A model generated the notes under the pieces. That model was not told the origin of the DNA. It saw nothing but the letters and a program-made list of their open reading frames with translations, and made no database searches. DNA of 64,000 nucleotides from Planktothrix sp. GU0601_MAG3 (GTDB lineage Bacteria > Cyanobacteriota > Cyanobacteriia > Cyanobacteriales > Microcoleaceae), in contig CP136572.1 in NCBI GenBank assembly GCA_035193785.1, forward strand, positions 1,652,578 to 1,716,577. Reading direction: 5' to 3'. Positions 56,608-64,000 of this stretch are shown one piece after another; the stretch's first letter is position 1; every line of letters begins with the position of its first letter. A program made the position numbers and the translations under genes.

Positions 56608-59600
56608 TCATATTGCCATCGGTAGGGTGAAGTAAAAACAACTACCCTCATCTACTTTACTCTGTACCCAGATTTGCCCACCATGTTGTTCAACAATCGA
56701 ACGACAAATTGCCAAACCCAACCCGGTTTCCGCCCTTTTTGCGAGAGTCTGAGGCATCGACTTGATGAAAACGCTCAAAAATGCGTTCAATTTTATCAGG
56801 AGGAATCCCTCGACCCTGATCTTGAACTTCAAACAAAATCTTGGGTTTTTCCGCAGAATTTTCTGGGATTTCCGTCTTGACACTTAACTTAATATTATCC
56901 CCCGATTCGGAAAATTTGATCGCGTTACTTAACAAATTAGTTAACACTTGTAACACCCGATCGGGATCGGCATAGAATTCTAAACTTTGGCTACTAACCT
57001 CCAAATTAATCCCCATGCGATTAGCCATAACCTGCATTTGTTCCGTGGCTCGTAACAGTAAATCTGCCGCATTCACAACTTGTTTATTCAGACAAATTTT
57101 TCCCGATTCCAGCCGTTCTAATTCTAAAATATCATTCACCAATCTCACCAAACGTTCGGCACTTTCGGCGGCAATTTTCATAACGTGGACTCCCCGTTCC
57201 GATTGGGGATCAATTAACCCAGTTGATAATAAATTTAACCCGCCATGAATAGAAGTTAAGGGAGTTCTCAATTCGTGACTAACCACGGAAATAAATTCAT
57301 CCTTCATTCGTTCAATGGCATATCTTTCGGTAATATCTTCCCCAATACTCATCATCCCGATCGCATTTCCTTGCAAATCTTTTAACAGCGTATTGTTCCA
57401 ACTAATAATTTTCTCCTCTCCCGATTTTGTCACAATCAACTGTTGACTATAGGGCTTAAAATGATAGTCCAATAGTTCCGCAAAAGCCAAGGAATTAAGC
57501 TCATGGGCTGGATTCGCTTGAAAATCCCCTAACCAATTTTTTCCCAAAACTTCCGTTTGGGTATACCCCATCACTTCCAACAAAAAGGGATTCACATATT
57601 CAACTTTCCCATTCCGATCTAATCCTACCACTAATAACCGGACATTTTCTAATAAACTCCGCCACCTTCGTTCGGCCTCGCGCAAATTCGCTTGACTTTG
57701 TTTTTGTTCGGTAATATCCCGAGCCATGGTGGAGAAAAGATACACCTGTCCCTCCTGATTTTTATGGGCAATAATCAATTGAGATAAGGGAATTTCTCGG
57801 CCATCATAGCTGGTCAATGCGGTTTCACCAATCCAAGATCCGTCTCGAATTGCCGCCGGAACTCCTTCATTTTGAATGATTTCAACTGCCCATTGGGGGT
57901 GATTTTGAGGAATATGTTGATTGGTGATTTTTCCCTCTCGATCTAATCCTAAAATCCGTCGAGCCGACTGGTTATAATAAACCACTTCTCCCCCGGGTTT
58001 TGCCGAGGAAATAAAGTCAGGCGTGGCTTCAATAATCGAAATCAGTTTATCCCGTTCGGCTTCGGCTTGTTTGCGTTCGGTAATATCCTGCATCACCACC
58101 ATTCCGGCTAAAATTTCTCCCTGTTGATTGCGAACGGGTAGGGCTTGATGGTAATAAGTGTGTCCCTCATATTCTACCTCAGAAATCGTCATTTCCCCAG
58201 CTAAAGCCGATCGATATAGGGGTTCAACTATCTTTAATAGGGCGGTTGGTAGGGCTTGCCAAATGGTTTTTCCCTCTAACATTTTTCGAGATAATCCCTT
58301 TGCCACTAAGCCCAGACCATCGGCAATGGTATACCGAAAATCCAGATCTACTAAAAACACCGCTCCGTCAGGAAAATTCTTAACTAAGGTGCGATATTGT
58401 TCCTCACTTTTGCGCAATTTAAACTCAGTCCGGTGGCGCTGCATCAGTTCAAATTGTAAGCGCTCATTAGCGGTTTCTAATTCGGTTGTGCGTTGAGTAA
58501 CTCGTAATTCTAATTCTTCATTATTTTGCTGTAATAATTGTTCGGTTTGTTTGCGATGGGTAATATCTTTGGCAATTCCCCCCCGCCGATCTAATTGTCC
58601 GGTTTCATTCAAAATCGGAAATCCCCGATCCCAAATCCAACGATAGGAGCCATCGGGACGCAGGATGCGATATTCTAAATCAAATGCCCGACCCTCGGGA
58701 TTTTGTAGGGCAAGTAAAACCCGATTTTGATCCTGGGGATGAATGGTCTCAATAAAGGTTTGGAAATTCTGATAGAGGTCTTGGGGGTTTCGATCCCAAA
58801 TTTGTTCGTAGGCGGGACTGATATAGATAAACTGATTACCCGGGGCATTGGTAATCCAAAAAACATCATCAATATTCTCTGCCAGTTGGCGGAATTTTTT
58901 CTCGGTTTCGGCATGGGATGCTCGAATTCTTAACGCCATAATCCCATAGACAATATCATCCACTAATTCTTTGAGTAATTTCACTTCGGCTGGATCAAAG
59001 GCATCAACTTGAGTGGAATATAAATTCAGTACCCCAAAGGGAATTAATGAAGTCTCGGCGTTCAATTCCGGTTGCAAATGTTGGCTCTGGGAGTCGGTCG
59101 CCATGATTAAAGGCAGGGCAATGGAGGAGGTATAACCCCGTTTTTGGGCCTGTTGTTTCCAGGGGGCATAATCGCCATTGGTATCTAAGTTTTGAAAAAC
59201 ACAGGTTTGCCCAGTTCTAACGGCCGTTCCCGAAGGCCCTTGACCCCATTGACTGTCATCCCAAGTCACGGTCAAATTATCTAAATAGCCCGCTTCAAAT
59301 CCGGCCTTAGCAATTGGAATAATTTGTTTTTCTGGTGTGTATTGGGTATAACCTACCCAGGCAAAATAGTAGCCCCCAACATTAATTAAAATCTGACAAA
59401 TATCATGGAGTAATTCGGTTTCTGTGGTGGCTCTAACTAAGGCTTGATTACAGTCGCTAATGGTTCTTAAAGCCCGGTTAACTCGGTGTAATTCTTCTTC
59501 GGCCCGTTTGCGATCGCTAATATCAGTATAAGACCCCACCATCCGCACTAAATTTCCCTGGTCATCCCATAGGGCTTGACCTCGATCTAAAATCCATTTA

Positions 59601-62156
59601 TAACTGCCATCTTTGCATTGAACTCGATGCTCTGTAATATAAAAAGGTGTTTTTTGATCTAAATGTTCTCGAATAGCTTTCATTACCCAGGGTAAATCAT
59701 CGGGATGGACTCGTTGATTCCATTGGGTTAAATGGTCACAGACTTCCTGTTCATTATAGCCCAACATTTCTTTCCATCTGGGCGAGAAAAATACCTCCTC
59801 CGTTTGAATATTCCAATCCCAAATACCATCGTTATTTCCCCGTAAAGCCAGTTGCCACCGTTTCTTCACTTTTTCGTAAGGCTTCTTCGGTTTGTTTGCG
59901 TTCTTGAATATCTTCTAAGGCTAATAAAATATATTTTTTTCCTTGCCATAATTGATCTAGGGTAGACACAAAAATTTGTACCCAATTACGTTGACCATTG
60001 GGGCGAATATACTGTTTTTCGATAGAAAATGTTTCGAGTAAATCTTGATCTGCGATTTGTTCTAACCAGTCCATTCCTTCGGAATTGGGAGGATAATGAA
60101 TAAAATTATGAACTGTTTTACCGATTAAGTCTTTTTCGGAATAGCCCGTAATCTCACAATAGCGTTGATTCACTCGCAGGAGTTCTCCCGATAAATCAAT
60201 CAGGGCAAATCCCACGGCGGCTTGTTCAAAAATGGTTCGGAATCTTTCTTCGCTGTTGACTAATTCTTGTTCGGCTTGTTTGCGATCGCTGACATTTTGC
60301 GCCAAGGACAGGAGGGAAACTAAATTTCCGCCTTCATCCCGCACCACGGAATTATACCACTCACAGTTAATCACCCTGCCGTCTTTGGTGCGATTTTGAG
60401 CCTCAATAATTTGGTGATTATTAGTGCCATCAATCAGTTGAATCATTTCTTGAGTTACTTTTAGGACGTCGGTGGCAAAAAATCCTTGAAAGCTTGACCA
60501 TTTTTGACCCAAAACTTCTGCCGATGTCCAACCAAAGATCCGTTCGGCTTGGGATGACCAGCGTTTAATTTTGAGTTGCTGATCCCATTCAATTACCACC
60601 AAGGGAGAATTATCAAAATGACAGGATAAGCATTGATGAGTCTGTTTTAATTCGGCAATTAATTGGGCCTGTTTTAAAGCAATTCCGACTTGATCAGCCA
60701 GTTGTTTTAAAAAGTTAGTTTCCAGGGTTTCCCATTGGCGAGGTTCTGCACATTGATGGGTCATCAGAAATCCCCATAATTTCGGTTTGGGATCGGAGGA
60801 ATTATTGGTTGATTCTGGATTTTTCGATGGAGTGATTATCGAATCAATTTCTTTTTTTTCTAACCAAATTGGCACAATTAAACTCGCCTTAACTTGGAAA
60901 TATTGGATTAATTGTAAATAGCAATTATCCAAATTTTCTTGATCAATATCGCTAAAAATAATCACCTGATCCGGTACAGCAGCATCGCACAGGTAGGGGG
61001 TTAATTCCGGGGTATAAATTCTCTGGGATAACAGGGATGACCATTGGGGAATAACCGCCTCTTGAACTACAGTTCCTCCCCTCTGGGGATCTAATTTCAA
61101 CATGATCACTCGATCAACATTTAAAACTTTCTGTACCTCCTCAACGGTGGTTTTTAAAATTAAATCAAGTTCCAAAGATTGCCTAACTTTTGAGGTGATT
61201 TTGGTTAATAGGTTTAAAAACTGATTTTGTCTTTGAGTTTCCGCAAAGGTGCGTTTTTGTTGGGTAATATCCCGGGTGGTAGCTAGGAGGGTTTTCACCT
61301 GTCCCCCCTGTTGAATTTCCGGCACAATTAAAGTCTGAAGCGATCGCAGTCCTTCGGCGGTTTCCAGGTCAAACTCAAATTGTTGAGGCTGTCCCGTGTC
61401 TAATACCTGTTGACAATTTTGCTCCCATTCCCGAGCAACCGGATCGGAAATTCCTAATTCCCAATTCGTTTTTCCAATAAATTTTTCCTGAGCAATTTGA
61501 ATCAATGCAGCGGTGCGACGGTTAACAAAAAGATAGCGTAATTTTTGATCTAGCCGAACAATACAATCCCCCGCATTATCCATTAATTTTTCTAGTTCGG
61601 TTTTGCGAGTTTGAAGTTGGGTTTCAATCCGTTGTCGTTCTTCAATTTGTTTTTTTAAGCATTCTTTAGTTATCTGTCTGGTCGGGGTGGAAGTTGGGGT
61701 GGGAGAATGTTTCTTTTTCGATACTTTTTGCGGAACTGCTTTTACCGTTGAACATTGACTCAAATCTTTAATTACAGCTATAACTTCTGTTTTTGATAGG
61801 GGATAAATCTCAACTAAAATCTGATAATCTTTCTGATATTGATAACATTTATAAATAATATTTTGGGCTACTTGAGTCTCGATCACCCGCCGAACAAGGG
61901 GGAGAAATTCTGAGGATTCCTGTGGATTTTGTAACTCCTGTAAGACTAGATAAAATACATTTAATTCTGAAGATAAATTAGGGGCAGCCTCCGTAGGCAA
62001 AACATGAATTTTTTGCTGCTCACAATCAATGATCAGGATCAGATCGTGAATCACTCCCAAAAATTGATCAATCTGCCATTGTGTATCCCAGGTTGGGGAC
62101 TGGATCACCTGGTATCCCCCATTCTGAAAAGAGGCACAAACTTCTGAAGTCGTCAT
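56608..62156 (-). CDS. Large multi-PAS/GAF sensor histidine kinase (frameshifts near 59860 and 56725)
   Basis: Many PAS/PAC units, two GAFs, SHELRTPL H-box, [22 protein letters not shown]. Confidence 0.9.
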
Positions 62157-62367
62157 AGTAAAAATTAAATTAATATTAAATTTTATAGAGACTTTTGGAA
62201 TAATCTACCCTACTAATTATATCAAATTATATGGGATTTTAGTTTAAAATCCTCGATAAACTGATACTAAAACTGAACTCTTTTCCCCCCATTACCCACT
62301 ACCCATTACCCGTACCCTATTCCCCGCTATCACCATTTTCCGTCAACAGTCTGGAATTGATCATCTT

Positions 62368-62409
62368 TGACACTCCCCGTCAAGCTAACGCACTCGGCGG
62401 GATTCCTCT
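62368..62409 (-). mobile_element. Solo IS200/IS605-type right-end hairpin
   Basis: Minus strand reads GAATCCCGCCGAGTGCGTTAGCTTGACGGGGAGTGTCAA (GAAT guide, hairpin, TCAA end). Confidence 0.55.
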
Positions 62410-62480
62410 GGTGGCGTTAAGATAGTTAATCTAAGTTAATTCAAGGTACTCAGACGGTTGTTTTTCAGGAGAATAGGTTT

Positions 62481-62907
62481 GTGAATGCTGCTGAACAGGC
62501 GAATAACGTGGTAGTTGCCAGCAAAATTGCATCGGTTGTAACTTTATTTAAAACTCAATTTCCCGACGCCCGGGTGGATCTTAAACCCTGGACAAACGAC
62601 CCAGAGACGCGGGAAATGGTTGATCCTGATTCTATTGATATTGGGTTTCCACTTCCCGGGTCGGAGTCGGTTATTGCAAAGTCGCTGCATTTTAATTGAA
62701 ATTCGGTTTTACCATGATCCGATTGATCAAACCCGTCGGGTGATCGGTGTCGAAGCCGCCGGATATGATCATCAAGGACAACAGTGGAAAGTCTCCACCA
62801 TTGAAAATTGGAATTTTGTGGGCAAAACTGAACCCGAACCCGAATCGGCGGAAAAATTAAAACTTTTTTGTCGGCAAATCTTCCAACTGTTTAATCCTAA
62901 CCCGTAG
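62481..62907 (+). CDS. Hypothetical protein (frameshift near 62650)
   Basis: AGGAG RBS and GTG start; VDLKPW...DPDSIDIGF continues as HFPG.SR in the second frame. Confidence 0.7.
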
Positions 62908-62962
62908 TGAGTCCTTCAGGACTCAATCTTTGATTCGTAGTGAGTCCTTCAGGACTCAATCT
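62904..62962. repeat. Two direct copies of the palindrome GTAGTGAGTCCTTCAGGACTCA
   Basis: Directly visible; REP-like, between convergent genes. Confidence 0.8.
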
Positions 62963-63007
62963 TTTATTAATACTTTATTAATACTAGGAAATCGATCATG
63001 GAAATTA

Positions 63008-63490
63008 TCAACTAACTATCTTTCTATAGACTAAATCACAACGTTGGGTTTCGACTCCGGTTGTCGATTCATAACCAGAATGTTCATAGAGTTGTACTGC
63101 TTCTTTTAAGACCGATGCGGTTTCAATCCAAATTTCCTGAAACCCTTTTTGTTTAATAGTTTGTTCTAATTGTAATAACAGAAACTTTCCTAATCCCTTT
63201 CCTCGGGCTTGGGGTAATAAATACATTTTTCTAATTTCTACCGCCAAATTTCCCCGTTTAATCGGGTAAAATCCGGCCGTTCCGATTAATTGTTGATTCT
63301 GTTCTATGACCCAGAATTCTCCCCCGGTTTGTTGATAATATTTCTCCACTTCATAAACGTCCACATCCGCGCCATGGGGTTCCGACCCTAAACCGTATTC
63401 AGTTAAAATAGAAGCAATTAAATCCACCACTTCCTGACGATTCTGGGGTTGCCAATCTCGAATGAAAAAATTTTGATATTGAGTATTCAT
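63008..63490 (-). CDS. GNAT family N-acetyltransferase
   Basis: EIRKMYLLPQARGKGLG, A..LYE..GY. Confidence 0.9.
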   Translation of the reverse strand: MNTQYQNFFIRDWQPQNRQEVVDLIASILTEYGLGSEPHGADVDVYEVEKYYQQTGGEFWVIEQNQQLIGTAGFYPIKRGNLAVEIRKMYLLPQARGKGLGKFLLLQLEQTIKQKGFQEIWIETASVLKEAVQLYEHSGYESTTGVETQRCDLVYRKIVS

Positions 63491-63494
63491 GCTA

Positions 63495-63872
63495 TTACAA
63501 ACCTTTGATGTCCCCAAACTTCAAAATATCCTCGCAATAACCTAATAAAGTATTAAGGCAATTTTGGATTGGGATGAGACGGTTTTTAAAGGTAGCACTT
63601 TGACGGGCTGCTTGCAAAAATTTTATATCCATTTCTAACAGTCGCATCTGTTTATGGGTTTCGGTTAAATAGGATTGAATTAAAGACTCAACAGGAGGAT
63701 CAAAATCACCATGGCTGATCCCCATAATTTCAGTTTCAAAGGTAGCTTTTAGCTGCTGAAAACTTTGTTTTAAACAGGCTTGATCAAGCGGAACTGAAAT
63801 TATCGTGATCTCAAGCTGTTTTAAGCTATTTTGGAACTGCGCGATCGCTTCACAAGCAAATTTTGACAACAT
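63495..63872 (-). CDS. patD: PatD-like protein
   Basis: QSYLTETHKQMRLLEMDIKFLQAARQ..T...R...I...L..LLGYC resembles the cyanobacterial PatD family as I recall it. Confidence 0.6.
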   Translation of the reverse strand: MLSKFACEAIAQFQNSLKQLEITIISVPLDQACLKQSFQQLKATFETEIMGISHGDFDPPVESLIQSYLTETHKQMRLLEMDIKFLQAARQSATFKNRLIPIQNCLNTLLGYCEDILKFGDIKGL

Positions 63873-64000
63873 ATTATCAGGAAACTTGTCTACAATTATT
63901 AAATAATAGATAAGTATTTTTGGCGAGTTTCTGCCCCAGTTCGGCTAAATCCGATCCGCTACCCCAAGACCAAATCCCGGTATTCAGGGAGATTGGCGGT

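Overview
A 64-kb window from a filamentous cyanobacterium. HIP1 GCGATCGC octamers, heptamer STRR-type tandem repeats, cpcG, XisH/XisI and a patD-like gene indicate this; an Oscillatoriales/Planktothrix-like host is an inference. Most of the window is housekeeping and signalling genes: two class III adenylate cyclases, HD-GYP, GGDEF-EAL, PAS/GAF kinases, ispG, pyrD, recN, pcrA, ctpA-like, htrA-like, def, mazG, a ter cluster, tRNA-Val(TAC) and a probable 6S RNA. Many genes, including normally essential ones, are split by single-base frameshifts, most likely sequencing errors. The standout is an intronless, eukaryote-type alpha-tubulin-like gene (24897-26235, about 445 aa once one extra base is removed). 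It has a bacterial promoter and RBS, is flanked by HIP1 sites, lies between a Uma2 gene and a Phd/RelE toxin-antitoxin pair downstream of recN, has no beta partner in the window, and carries a beta-like Lys at the alpha catalytic Glu254 position. A second accessory region (about 44.7-52.5 kb) holds an IS200/IS605 element, a pilin-like fragment, and a TPR-CHAT protease / small in-frame protein / membrane protein module resembling caspase-based conflict systems.
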